Origin: the human T2T-CHM13v2.0 reference genome, Homo sapiens
Length of the DNA stretch: 64,000 bases
Strand: one strand, 5' to 3'
Assembly: GCF_009914755.1 (NCBI RefSeq)
Contig: NC_060935.1
The translations under genes were made by a program, and so were the position numbers. A model generated the notes under the pieces. The model had not been told where the DNA came from. It made no database searches and was given only the letters and a program-made list of their open reading frames with translations. Positions 1 through 15,074 of the stretch are shown here, piece after piece; position 1 is the first letter of the stretch, and every line of letters begins with the position of its first letter.

Positions 1-332
1 TAGCTAGACAATATCAAGCTCTGTCTTATTCTCGGTGCTAGGTTTTAAGGGGTTCAGAATAAGGCAGAGGTTTTTTTTTAGGAACAGGTAACAAGGTGCA
101 GGATTCAAAACCCAAAACATAATAGAAATGTTTGTAGAAAGTACAAATATTGGCTTGGCATGGAAAGTACTTAGAAAAGCAGTAGGTTCCAGGGGACCAA
201 ACTTGAACCATAGGTGGAAGTTAGACAGGTTTTTTATTGCCTAGACACCAAGGTGACCATTAATCAGCATAAGGAAAAATGTGCCCAAAAGTAGACCTGT
301 TAAAACTAGAGGCAGTTTTGCAAGGACATGAG

Positions 333-676
333 CCCTGTCACTCCCTGTTCCTGGGAATATTCACTCAGAATCTGGAAAACTCTGTATCCCAGATATTACA
401 GAAGGGGTTCCTGCATGAGGTGAAAAGGAGACAAAGAGGTGATCTTTCAAAGGTCTTTCAGTTTTATGATTCAGGGTATCCAGGTGCCCAGAGGAATCAT
501 TACAGCTGGATTATAGACTGAGCAGACTGGGTATTGTATTCTGGAGATAAGGATCTCCTTGGAAAGCCACGTTTCCACAGGTCCTGCCAGCCTGGGGGTG
601 ATAGTAGAGGCACCAAAGACATTTCTTCTGAAAAATGTTTAACCCATGACTCCTTCTAATAAATACAAAAATTGTG
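333..676 (+). repeat. 344-bp duplicated segment, copy A
   Basis: Ungapped by-eye alignment to 38692-39035, about 32 mismatches (~90% identity). Confidence 0.95.
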
Positions 677-820
677 CACACCTCCCTGCTGCCCCAGGTT
701 CTGATCTGGAAGATAAGGAAGTGGACTGTGGCTACAGTCCAGATAAGAGTATGAGGACCGCTGGAAACACAGTGTCTGCACACCAGCTGAGAACTTTACT
801 ACCTAGAGTTCATATGATGA

Positions 821-1180
<360 letters not shown>

Positions 1181-2150
1181 TAATAATAGGTCTTTAAAGT
1201 ATAAACATGTTTTACTGTTGAATGTGCTCTCTCAGTATGCAGATCCTAGGGAATTCTGCTTTGCCTTCAATCCCATTTGAATTATGATTTTAGCTTATCT
1301 GTCTACCTTCTTGTGGAAGTGGAAGCGTTTGAACAAGTTAAAGAGTGAAAAAAGTCAGATACCCCATTATTTGGTCTGTGTAGCAGTATCAGTCACTATG
1401 ACCAGCTCCTGGTGCACTGATAGAAGGTAATTTGAGTGTCCTATAGGCAACTGACCATAGCTTGGCTCCTACTCTGGAGGTCATTGGCCTGTGTTTCGGC
1501 GACTTCTCAGCCTGTCTTTCCCCCCAGAGTGCTCCGACTGCTGCTAGGGCACCCCTGCCACACCCTGTTCCCAACCGCCTTGGCTTCTCCTTGTCCGCAG
1601 GCTGGCTGGGTTGCCTGGGTGCTTGGCTGCTTGGCTTCTGAGTGTCTCATGCCCAGGTTACCTCAAGAGCTCCAGCAGCTGCCTTCCTACAGGGAGAAAC
1701 GTGCTCATCCACACAGTTTGTGCCACACCCTGTCCCTCTTGTGAACACACCTGTGGTACTGTCCTGACCTATACATATTGAAATTCTAAAAGAGAAACAC
1801 AGTTCTTTTGCCTTTCAAACTGTGCTCCCCACTATACTGCTTTCACTTTTCTAAGAATCAAATACAATGGGGAATTTGGCCATGGAGAAATGAAACTCGC
1901 TTCAGCTCAAGTTCAGGATGCCTTAGGGTGTGGCAGTAACATTGTTCCCAATACAGTGGACTCTTTGCTGGAGCCATGCTGTCCCTTAAATGAGACCCAG
2001 AAGACCCACATCTTCCTGGAAGTCCTTTTTGGACCCTTTCTGTATCATTGTCTACTATTGATAGTATTTGACTTATCTCTAAAGCAGATGCAAGGATGCA
2101 TCTTATTTCTCTTTGTGTTCTCCAGATGCTTAATGCATAAAATATACATA

Positions 2151-3129
<979 letters not shown>

Positions 3130-3429
3130 TAATTGTTGATTGTTATTTATTCTTTCTTCAGTATACCAAGAAACACTTGGTAGGTACCTATCTCGAGAGT
3201 TGAAGGCACAGTTATAGGGACTGGGGATTTTGAAGCAAAAGTATTGGTTCTGAAATAATAATAACAGAGCTACCTTTATTGAACTTGTTGGGTGAAGGCT
3301 GGAGCACAAGAAGAAAGACAAGCCAACAGTTATAATAAATGTGAAATAAGGGAGCCAGGCTTCAATTTTATCATAAAAGACAGAAAAAGGATTTATTGAA
3401 CACACAAATACATTTAAATGAAAAAAACC

Positions 3430-3560
3430 TTAGTGACTACTTTCTACTTGTATTTTCTTGGACAAATCACTCCAATTCTCTGAGTCTTCATTTTGCATCT
3501 GAAAAATCATTAAACCAAGTAATCTTTGAAATCCCCCCAGATCTAATGTTCTGTAGTTCC
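3430..3560. mobile_element. MIR fragment
   Basis: cttggacaaatcact...ctctgagtcttcattttgcatctgaaaaat resembles the MIR core. Confidence 0.6.
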
Positions 3561-4371
3561 ATGAAACTGCCTATCATGAATGTTTTTCTCAATGCTCTGT
3601 TGCACTTAAAATGAGGTTTAAGAGTTCACACCTTCTCAGTGTGGTGTCCTCAAGTGGGAGGTGGGGGAGATGATCTAAAAGACATCCTGTATTTCGACAT
3701 TAATATGCTAGATGAGGCAGACCATCATGGTGTGGGAACACTGCATGCCCAGGTGAAGATAAGCACAAGTGTTTTAGTCATTGAGAGCACATCATCTGGT
3801 TTTGGGGAGTTTGTGTCATGTCTGGCCCCACAGGCACGTTTTTGAGTAGGACACACTTTTGCCAACCTTAGTAGAAAAGGGCATTTTTCCATTGCTCACT
3901 ATGCGAGGGACGGGGGTTATGTGGTATGTGCCAAGCTGAAGAGGTTAGAGTGATTGTTCTTTTCTTGTGGCCTGTGGTTTGCATAGGGTGCCTTTTCACT
4001 GTGGGATTTTATCTTAAGACTTTCTACCATGGCCTGTTTTCTTTTTAGGGGGCAAGGGGATGGAGAGATGGGTTTGGGACCTATTTTGCAGGGTATAAAA
4101 AAGCCTTTTTACACCCCAAAGAGAGAGCTGTGAGATTTCCCTTTCCTGGCTCAGGGCATGGGTGGGCCCCCCGGTAACACCCCAGCCACACAGCCTTGTT
4201 TCCCCCCATGTGAATGTATCATATGCAACTTTTGTGGATGTACAACACACTTTTGGATAGTTCCTGTTAATATGGAAATCTGGTACCTTAATTAGTTCAA
4301 AATCTGAACTCTCCAGGAAGACAATGACTGATTTCCATCCTCACATATTTTAACTCAATGTTTTTCAAACT

Positions 4372-4678
<307 letters not shown>

Positions 4679-6133
4679 TAGATGTCATGCCCCATCCTGA
4701 AAGATCTCACACCCTGACTTGGGGGTGAGGAGGTGCAGAGCTGGAGGGTAAAATTAGATGTGGCTTTTCAGAATCACTGTATCTTTAATAGCTCCACAAC
4801 AACTCAAATTTTGTCAAACTTTAGCTACAGAATGCATTATCAAAAACATTGGGCCTTGAACATACTTTTCAAATTCCTGCTCCCTCCCTGGAGATAGGAT
4901 CATTCCTACAGACAACCGGTGTTCTCAGCTGCCTGTGTACAGTTTCTGAAGGTGACATCTGGACGAGTGACCAGGGCCAGCATTTCATGTTGTCAGCTGT
5001 CATGTCTGCTGTTCTTGTGGATTCAATGGCTGCTAATTTGAGCATCCCATAGTCACCTAGTTTTGCTTAATCCTCTACCCTTGAAGGCCAAAGGTCTATA
5101 TATCTGTTTCCTTGGTATTGGTGGTTTATTTTTTGAATCCCATTTAGAATAAGTGCCCAGAATAATCACTGTCTTGATGAAAATATCACCTGGTAGAAAC
5201 TTAGCATAGAAAACCATACACCGAGTTCACTTTACATGTTGGGTCCTTTGTGTTTGTACATGCGTGTCTGTGTGAACTACCTGATCTCCCTCCCCCAAGC
5301 CAATATTGCCTGGCAGACACCTTCAAGATGCTATGGGAGGCTTTCTTTCTCTAAGGAGCCTTTTCTGGCCTCTCTGTGCTTTGGCCTTTACTGAACCCCA
5401 TGCAAATATTTACACATCTGCTTGCCCCAAGCTGACACTAAGCCCCTCAAGCTCAAGGACTGAGTCTGATTTTTATGTCCCCAACACCCAGGCTAGTGCC
5501 TGCCTCTCAGTAGGTACTACATAAATGTTTGTTGCACAAATGCCACCACCTTAAACATAGGCCTCCTCTGGGCAAAGTCCTACATGTGACTCTATGTGAG
5601 CCCTTCCTGCAGCCTCCCTACAGTGCTTCCAGAAATCTAGTTGTTCGCTGAGGTTGAATGATGTTCCCAAGGTCTGCTTTTTGCCTTTGTCTACAGCAGG
5701 GATTGTCTCACAATTACAAATTAGTCGCCTTCTCATTCTGTCTATTCTCAGTACACCGTGGCATTCTTTCAGCTGCAGTCTAGAAAAGACAAGGTGAAAC
5801 TTGCATGAACCTAAGCCAAAGTGCCAGCTGATTTCTCCCCAGTTTGGTAAAGACTTTGGTTGTTACCTGGGGGGGTCTACATGAACCCAGAAGGGAAACA
5901 GACACTAGATGTCAGATTCCCACCCCTACAGGCTCTAGTCATCTTCCAAAGGGAACATACAATCCTCAAAGCCAACAAAAATTCTGCTGACTTAATGTGA
6001 AAAGTGAGCCTGTGTCTCAGAGCACTCTGAGGCTTGGGGAGCCGTAGCAGAAATCGCAGGAATGATAAGACTTACCAGCCCACAGATGATGATTGGCAGG
6101 TGTGTTTCAGTGCATCAGAAGTGTTCGGGAGAA

Positions 6134-6407
6134 TGCATTTTCCAAAAGACGCATGAAGCTTGGTAGTATGTTTTACCACCACACAGAAATTCTCTACTTG
6201 ATCAATCTCTCTGCTAGGAGATTGGTGAAAGCCAAGACCCAAGCAGTGGTGAGATTAAGCGTGTGTGCTAAAATTCAGGGTAACATGTGAATTGTAGCAT
6301 TGCCATGAGCCACTGCGGAATTGGTTTATAGCAAACAGACAAGTCTTGCAATGTAGAAACCATTGCAGAATACGTTGAAGGATCTACTCAGCCAGGATCC
6401 ACTTCTG
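6134..6407 (+). repeat. ~274-bp local duplication, copy A
   Basis: Aligns to 8193-8463 with about 24 mismatches and two small gaps. Confidence 0.95.
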
Positions 6408-6874
6408 TCATATTCTGTTGACAACGTAGAAGGCTTTTCCAGAGGAAGAGCATCTGATTATGATGCCACACTGAGCTACCTGTGTGTTGTCCATAATGCT
6501 TTGAATTCAGCATGCCTAATACTGCTCCCTCTTGCCACTTGCCAGCCATCTGAGTTTCCAACAGTCGGACTGTCCTGAGGCCGGTAGGCATTTAACTATG
6601 AGACCATGAGTCACTTGATATTTTAGAAGAAACTTAAAGTAGTAACAACTTTTATCAAGCCTTGATTTGAGATGGAGGAAACATTGGGGATCAGCTTCAA
6701 CCTAGGTTAATGTGGATATTGTCCCCTAACACAGAGGGGGCCAAGAGTAGTTACTAAGAGGATCTGAAGTTTAAATTACTGTTACAGTGTAGCCACATTA
6801 TAGTCAACTAATTCTTAGGGAAACTGAATCCAATCTAGCACACAGTTCTTCCGCCCAGGTCTCATGATTTAAGG

Positions 6875-7672
6875 CAACATTTCTCACAGTTTTGGCCTGA
6901 CTACCTGCAAGAGAATTACTTGCATGTCTGTTAAAAATGCAGACTTGGGGAAAAGGATGAATAGGTGGAGCATGGGGCATTTTTAAGGTGGTGGAATTAT
7001 ATTCTGTGATACTGTAATGGTGGGTAGGTGACATTCTGTATCAAAATCAGTAGAGCTGTAAGACACAGAGTGAACCCTAATGTGACTTTAGTTAATAATA
7101 ATGTATTAATATTGGTTCATCAGTTGCAACAATGAACCACACTAATACAAAATATTAATAATAGCCCAGGAGCAGTGGCTCACGCCTGTAATCCCAACAC
7201 TTTGGAGGCTGATGTGGGAAGATGGCTTGAGCCTAGTTCAAGACTATCCTGAGCAATGTGGCAAGACTCCATCTCTACAAAAAATTTAAAAATTAGGGCA
7301 TGGTGGCATGCGCCTGTAGTCCCAGCTGCTCAGGAGGCTGAGACGGGAGGATCCCTTGAGCCCAGGAGTTTAGGACAGCAGTGTACACTCTACCTTGGGT
7401 GACAAAGCAAGACCCTGTTTCTAAGAAAAAAGTGTACATAATAATAGAGCAAAGTGTTGGGGGGAAGAGGGGATATAAAGGAACTCTGTAATTTCTGTAC
7501 AGTGTTAGAGAAATAATCTCTTAAAAAGTAAAGTCTGTTTTTTAAAAATATGCAAGATTTGGGCCTCACTAAATACATCTTGCGTGTATGAAGTTGAGGC
7601 CTTGGAATAAGCATTTTGGTCAGGCTCTCCAGAGGATCTGCCTGTATTCTGAGGTTTGAGAATTCCTGGATA
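6875..7672. mobile_element. Nest: MER5-like hAT MITE interrupted by an L1MC-like 3' end (~6950-7545), itself interrupted by an AluJ (~7163-7430, +)
   Basis: MER5-like halves (ttaaaaatgcagact... / ...gaggtttgagaattcctgga); L1MC-type gatgaataggtggagcatggggcatttttaag...gagtgaaccctaatgt; AluJ gatcccttgagcccaggagtt. Confidence 0.75.
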
Positions 7673-8192
7673 TCAGTCCATCTCCTTTCACCATCTGTTT
7701 CATTCTAAGAAAGAGCTTAAAGGGGCTTTGTCTAGAGAACTGTCTCTTGTGTGTTAGGATGTGTTTCATCTTTCAGAAGGTGGACAAAAAGCTTCCTGCT
7801 AATGCTAGAAATATTTGCTGCAATTCCACACTGACAGTTGAACCACAGTAAAGACAATTCAGGCAAGACCAGTTTCAGACACAGGAACTGTCAATTTTCG
7901 AACGTGTGCAGCCTTTCTTCAGAAGTGTGCCCTGCCTGCGTCCATTTCAAACAAGCGTAGCCATGGATTATAATTAAAATTTTACATATGTCTATTGGTT
8001 TAAGGGTGATAAGTACACTATTGTTATAATCCTTGGCTCTTTGTGCATCGGAGTATGTATTTTATTAGGGCTATTATAGGCCTTTCAAATTAAAATGTTC
8101 CTGGACTTTATATACGTATAGATCTTTTTCAACCAAAATGCTCTGGAAATTAGTATTAGATGGAATTTTATTAAACTTGTGGAAAGTCACAT

Positions 8193-8463
8193 TGCATTTT
8201 GCAAAAGACACACAAACCTTGGTAGCCTGTTTCACCACCACACAGAAATTCTCCACGTGATCAATCTCTCTGCTAGGAGTTTGGTGAAAGCAAGACCCAA
8301 GCAGTGGTGAGATTGAGCCTGTGTGCTAAAACTCAGGGTAACGTGAATTGTAGCAATGCCATGAGCGACTGCGGAATTGGTTTATAGCAAACAGACAAGT
8401 CTTGCAATGTAGAAATCATTGTAGAGTGTGTTGAAGCATCTGCTCAGCCAGGATCTACTTCTG
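8193..8463 (+). repeat. ~271-bp local duplication, copy B
   Basis: Matches 6134-6407; bracketed by aaagtcac at 8183-8190 and 8476-8483. Confidence 0.95.
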
Positions 8464-8794
8464 CCCTGTTTTAGCAAAGTCACTGCTAAGGTGGGGCCTC
8501 GAGGTCTGTGAGCCAACTCATGCTGGATGTGAATTTTGCACATATGTGAGATGAGGTCCCTAGCTTTCACTCGTTTCTCCAAAGAGGTTAATAAGAAAGT
8601 TTGTCTGTAAACTGGATTTGGTTGTAGTTGTTTTTAAAATATATATGTGCCATGCTATTGAAATATTGCATATACTCTATAGCGTGCAAAAACATAGGAA
8701 TCAGAAAGATCTTGATGAGAAATAAATATACGTAGAAGCACTTGCGTTTTCACTCCTGGATCATCTGTGCTCCCCTCTACAGAGACCACTGCCC

Positions 8795-8950
8795 GGGTCC
8801 AGTGCTTCTTTTTCTTTAGTGTGCACACAAATCACCTGGGGGGTTTATGGAAATGTTGAGTCTGATTTAGAAGGTCTCGGATATTGCTTTTTAAAACAGC
8901 TTCCAGGTGATGTTGAAACTACTGCTCCATGGCCCGTATTTCAAGCAGCA
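8795..8950. mobile_element. MER5A-like hAT MITE
   Basis: aaatcacctgggggg...ttttaaaacagcttccaggtgatgttg pattern. Confidence 0.7.
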
Positions 8951-10333
8951 GGTAGATGGAGAGGCGTGTGTTGAGTTGAGCTGCAGACAGCGACTCCCAC
9001 GCTATCTCTTCTGTCTCTCTCTCTTTCAAGCAGTCCTCAGCACTGGCTTTAGGAAGTAGAAATGGCAAAAGTCTGTGACACCAGTTTTCCCTGGTGAGGC
9101 TGGCAGGGGGCCCCTGGGACCTTTTGACTCCTCTTTAACTCAGGCCCACCTTTTCCTGCTGCTGCCTCTGTCCCCATGGCCTGCTAGATCTGAGCCCTTG
9201 TTTGATTAGCTTAGCAACATCTTTGCAGTACTCCCCAGTGAGGTGTGCTCTGTTGACTGGGACTAGCCAGAGTCAGCTCCAGAACTCCTGAGTGAGTTCA
9301 CTTCTGCAGCAGCCTTGACTTCCTGCTGTACCTTGACCAGAGGATTGATCTGGGTTTTCCTGGTTATCTGGCTCACTTTGCAGCAGAGAAGCAGGGGCTG
9401 GTGCCCCTTCAACTGTGTGTTCTCCTGGGGGATGGCTCGTGGCCATTGAAGAAACTTTGCAGCAGTGCTGTCTATATGCCATGGTCACGTCATCCTATGC
9501 TCTGAACCAAGGTGGTGTGTGTTGTGGCCACAGGAGACTGTTCCAGGCTTGAGTGACATAAGGGAAGATTTTACTCACGATGTACATTGAACTCCCAAAT
9601 CCTCCTAAAAAGAACAAGTCGCTATCAACTTGGTGACATCCTGAAGAGCTGACAGTCCTGGAGGACAGTAGGAAATCGCATAAAGGGTGCCCCAATTTTG
9701 CATCAAGCAGAAAGGTAGGAAACTGGTTGGATTCTCTAAGTCACATTTCCCACTGGCCTCTGTCAGCGGTTGTTGGAAGCATTCCCCCAAAGGCATGAAG
9801 GCCAAAGATGTGTGGGTCTGTCCGAAGAATTGCCCACTAAGTCATAAAAATGAAAGATTACATTTCTTACCCCTCTTCCACCTCACATCCTCTTGTTTCT
9901 TAACTGTGTGGATTGTGCAGTCTGTCTTATTTATGGTTAAAGTCCTGTTACCACAGGGAACCCCAACTGAGAAAGGCATTGTCACCTTGGGCTTTCTCTC
10001 CAAAGGTTGCTGTTGGTTTTGTTTCATCTTGTGTCAGTTTGGGGTGACCCATAATCAGGAAGAGGCAATACTGTGTTCTTCGCTTGAATTTCACCTTTAT
10101 TTGATTCTAAAATATGTAAGAATATGCTGTGAGTAGGATATTAGAGTCACTGCAACATGTCTCTGAACTTGTCGTGGGGGACAAAGGTTTTGATAAATAT
10201 GCCACGTTTGCCTGAACATTTATGCCTAAAAACTCATTGAGGACAAAGTGGTTTCCATGTGTTTCCTTAGCAAAATTTTAAGTATTCACTAAATTTTAGT
10301 GCTGCAGTTTTATAATTCGCACTGAGAAATTAA

Positions 10334-10871
<538 letters not shown>

Positions 10872-12039
10872 TAAACTAAAGGGATTCTTTTCCAGGTCTG
10901 TCCAGAAACTCGATTTGCATCCTAATAAACTCAGAGAATGAATGTCACACTGTATTATAACTGAGTAGAGGGGCCTGTGAAAGCATATGATGTTTGGGGA
11001 TCTGGATGTTGATGACATTGCTCAACAACAAGGGCTTTTCGTCAGCCCCCATTAGTTTTTTCAATCTAATGCAACAAAGTATGTGTTGATATATACGTCC
11101 AGATATTTATATTGTTATTGGCAAGGAATATTACACACACATTTGTAATTATTCCATGTTTCTGTGTCCACGTTTCAACCAAAAGTGTGTCCAAAAAATA
11201 GAGACAGGCTGACGTGTCTTTGAAGAAAAGTAATTATGTAGGATTGATTTGTTTTCTGTTTGTTCTTTCATTTCTTGCATCTGAGAGGTTTTTTTTTTTT
11301 TTTTTTATGTCATGCTCTATTAGAAATGCACTCGACTAGAGCAAGTCGGTACGTATTTCTTTCCTTCTCTGTCCCCTCTCTCCTCACACAGTTCTTGACA
11401 GAGGTGATTTCTGGTGAGATTAGTGGCAGTCAGTTTGTATTACTTATGCAGGCCATGTTGAACTGTGAACTTTGGAAATGAGAAGCCACCTTTCGCCGCT
11501 TCTGAAGGTGACTCACAAAGCCAGTTTCACTTGGTTCCACATTGTTGCATCATTACATTTAAAGAAAGGGAAGAAATCTGTTTACTAAATGTTAGACTTG
11601 AAGTCTGGAGTATTTGTTCTAGCAGGTCCTGTTAGATTCCACAGCTTTTTCATAGCTAGTGTCAGTTACCAACCTATTCTGTAGAGAAAGTTCCTTTTGT
11701 AAAAGGCATGTTGCCTTCACAGGTCTGTCTTGACTGGAGGGATGGTGAGGACTACCCTTCAAGTCTGGCCAGCTCCCAGAGGTCTGGGATGACTCAGACA
11801 GGACTAGGAAATGGTGTGTTCTGAAAAATCTGTAGAAGAAAGTACTGATGAGAAAATGCCCACCAAAAATTGAATACAGAATGTTGGAAGAATCGAAAAG
11901 TCGACGTTCTCTTTGAAACAGAAGCCAGAGCCTGTTACTCATTAGTACCTTCATGTATCCCCCATCTTACAGGCAGAGGCCTGGCATCCAAGATGTTCAA
12001 AACCATCCCCCAGGTCCCATGCAGCCCAGTTCCTAGCTG

Positions 12040-12672
12040 TGATCCCAGTGTTCTAACAATAGTGAACTACTTACCCTTCTCTGAACATACCTTCCCCTCT
12101 GCCATTTCTCTCTGCTTTTGCATAGGTTATCCATGTGTCTAGATGGATCCTCTTTTGGCTGGCAAACTCCTCCGCACCCTTTAGGGCCAACTTAAACAGC
12201 ACTCCTCTGCGACGCTTTCTCCCGTGTGTTCTCAAAGCCAGTCATGCATTCATCTGTTATACCACTTTTATGTAGCAGTAGAGCTATTTGCATGTCTTAG
12301 TCCCTAGTAGGTTTTGAGCTTCACCAGAGCAGGAACTAGGTCTTGCCACTCCTGTAAGCAGCTAATGATTAGGAAGTGCTCCCTATATGCCAGGCACTGG
12401 GCTTTCTAAACATATGCACTGTCTCATTTAACCTGCCACAATCCTATGAGGGAACTTAAACTAGAAGAAATTGCGCTGAAATGCGACAGTTGGGATTTGA
12501 ACTCACCTGCCTGCGCTGGGATCTTAACCACAGCTCTGTTTTCCTCATCTGAACAATAGAGATGACAATAACACTTGATAAGATTATTTTGAAGGTTGAA
12601 TGCCATGATTTATGTGAAGCACTTAACACAGTACCCAGTGAGCATTTAGTACCATTAGTGCTTACTAACAAT
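12040..12672. mobile_element. L2 and MIR fragments
   Basis: L2-like gagcttcaccagagcaggaactaggtcttg; MIR-like tgtctcatttaacct...aatcctatgagg and gcacttaacacagtacc. Confidence 0.65.
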
Positions 12673-14609
12673 GATGTATACTAGGTCCTTCAGCCAGCAA
12701 GGGGCAGAGAAGGCATTTGAACAACTTGGGTCTAACAACAGTCATGTTCCTTAACCCTGATGCTCATGGGCCACCCCAGGGAAGCAAGAAAAACACCCCA
12801 CAGACACCTTGTCCCTTTAGCAGAGGCTCTGACTCTTTCCATCCAGGGGTCTCTGGGGAAGCTTAAGAAGGTGGATGCGGAGAGCCGCCTCCACCCACCT
12901 ATCATGGCAGAACTCGGGAGGGTAATGGGGAGATGGTTCAGTAGCTTAGCAACTGAGGCAAGAGTCCACTCAGAAGACATTAGGATGTTACCAGCACCTC
13001 ATTAGGCTCCAGCACTAATTATTTATCTCTCCAAGGAGAAGGAAAGTGTGGCATGGGTGTTCTGAGATTGAGTTCTTGGATCAGCTGGTTCCTTTGCTTG
13101 TGACCTCAGACAAGTCATTTCTTCTTCACCCAGTGTGAGCCTCTTATAAAAGCTCCTCAAGTGGAGGATGAGGCCATCAGTCCTCTGGCTCCCTGAACCT
13201 TCAGAAACACAAGCTTTTTTAACACTTCTGGGCAAAAGCCAGTGTTTCAGATAAACACACCCGTGGCTGCTTCATCTGTAAATTATGCTTTCTTAAGGCC
13301 TTCACTTTGTTAAGGCAGTCTATATTGATGTATACAATAGCCAATTCCTATACAAATTTTGGTCCAGCAAACCCAAATTTGTATATTTTTCATTGACTGT
13401 ATAATACAGGAGTTATTTAAAAATATATACAGAGCTGTTTGTAAATCATTGTAATTGGTGGATAATAATTTAGAAACATTTTAAATTAATTTCTTGAGTG
13501 TGAGGCTGGCTCTAACCACAGCTCTGTCTCTGGTGCTGTGCCGTCTCCCAAGGAGAGACATACAACAGAATTTATTTCAAAGAATATTGTTGTTTAAAAA
13601 ACAGTTGAACATGTGTTTACATATCTCTAAAAGAAGAGGTAAGTTCCCCATTTTCCTTATCACTCTGCCTGCCCTCCCTCTACATGCGCACGATAAGTGA
13701 AATAGACTTGCAGTCTTGAAACTAGATCATTGTCAGACTAGTTGCATTCACCTCCCTGACTTTCATTTCTTCCTACAGTTTGAGAAGGCAGAAGATCCTG
13801 ATTTAGCTTTGCCTTTCCCCTCCCCTCTGCCAAAACAAAGTCAGAATTCCCAACAGCAAGCCCAGCTCACATGTTCAGTTCCATTTCAGTCCCATTTCTC
13901 AGAGGCTTTCCCGCTTTTCTGGGGTTGTCGTTTTCTGATACATCCACGTTGCACCCGGGTGTAGCTGGGCTGGGGCTGCAACGTTTCTCAGCATTCTGTG
14001 TCTGGAATGCTCACCAGGCCCCACAGTCTGGCCTTAGCAGGAAGCCAGGGTTCTGTACATGTGGGCCTTGTCTACATGCCTGTGTGTGTGTAATTACCCA
14101 ACTGTGTGTGTTGTTTCACCAGCAATAAAAATCCAGCAGGGAAATGAATGCTAAAATTAGTTTGTTTGTCCTTTGACAAGATCTCCCCAGTTGAAAGAAT
14201 TTTGTTTATCTAACTGGCTGGGCAGACTTGGCTAAGATCAAAATTAACTGCCTTGCTTAATGGTGTAATAGATGGTATTTTGAAGAGCTTCCACTGAGTT
14301 CTCCTTGAAAGGACGTGGGGTCTAGAAAGTCCAGCCTCTGGCAAAGTTATGGCATTTTGGTGTAGGTGTTTTTTCCTCCTTGTGCTACCTGTAGGATGGA
14401 TGCCCATAACCCATTACTCTACCCTGAGTCACTCTATCTGTTGGAGGGTGGCTGGATGGATGGATGATGGGTAGATTGGCAGATCGACAGTTTAATTTGC
14501 TTGTCATATGTCTTAAATGTAAGTTTGTTAAAGCTTAAGAGGAAAGAAAACCTGTAATCAGTGTTCTTGCAAAAAAAATTTGCACAGCCCTATGGCTGTG
14601 TCTTTGGGC

Positions 14610-14790
14610 TTCATTCATTCATGTGTTCATTCATTCAACAAAAACAGCATTTAATAAGCACCTAGTATGTACTAAGCTCATGGGATATAGATTTGAACAA
14701 AATAAGAATCTCTGCCTGCAAAGAGCTTACTATTTAGTGTGAGAGACATGCATTGAAGGGCAATTAAACAAATAATTATTTAACTATAGC
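14610..14790. mobile_element. L2 3' end
   Basis: ttcattcattcaacaaa...aagcacctagtatgt...ctctgcctgcaaagagcttac. Confidence 0.75.
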
Positions 14791-14795
14791 TGTAA

Positions 14796-15074
<279 letters not shown>

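Noticed and set aside
6134-6407. Duplicated unit as a snoRNA/scaRNA or other ncRNA copy
   Set aside because: No convincing C/D or H/ACA architecture and no poly-A tail; not recognised on either strand.
11300-14000. Possible antisense lncRNA (minus-strand donors at ~12069-12074 and 12501-12506)
   Set aside because: NAV2 antisense RNAs exist, but I cannot establish an exon structure from sequence; the donors lie in old repeats.
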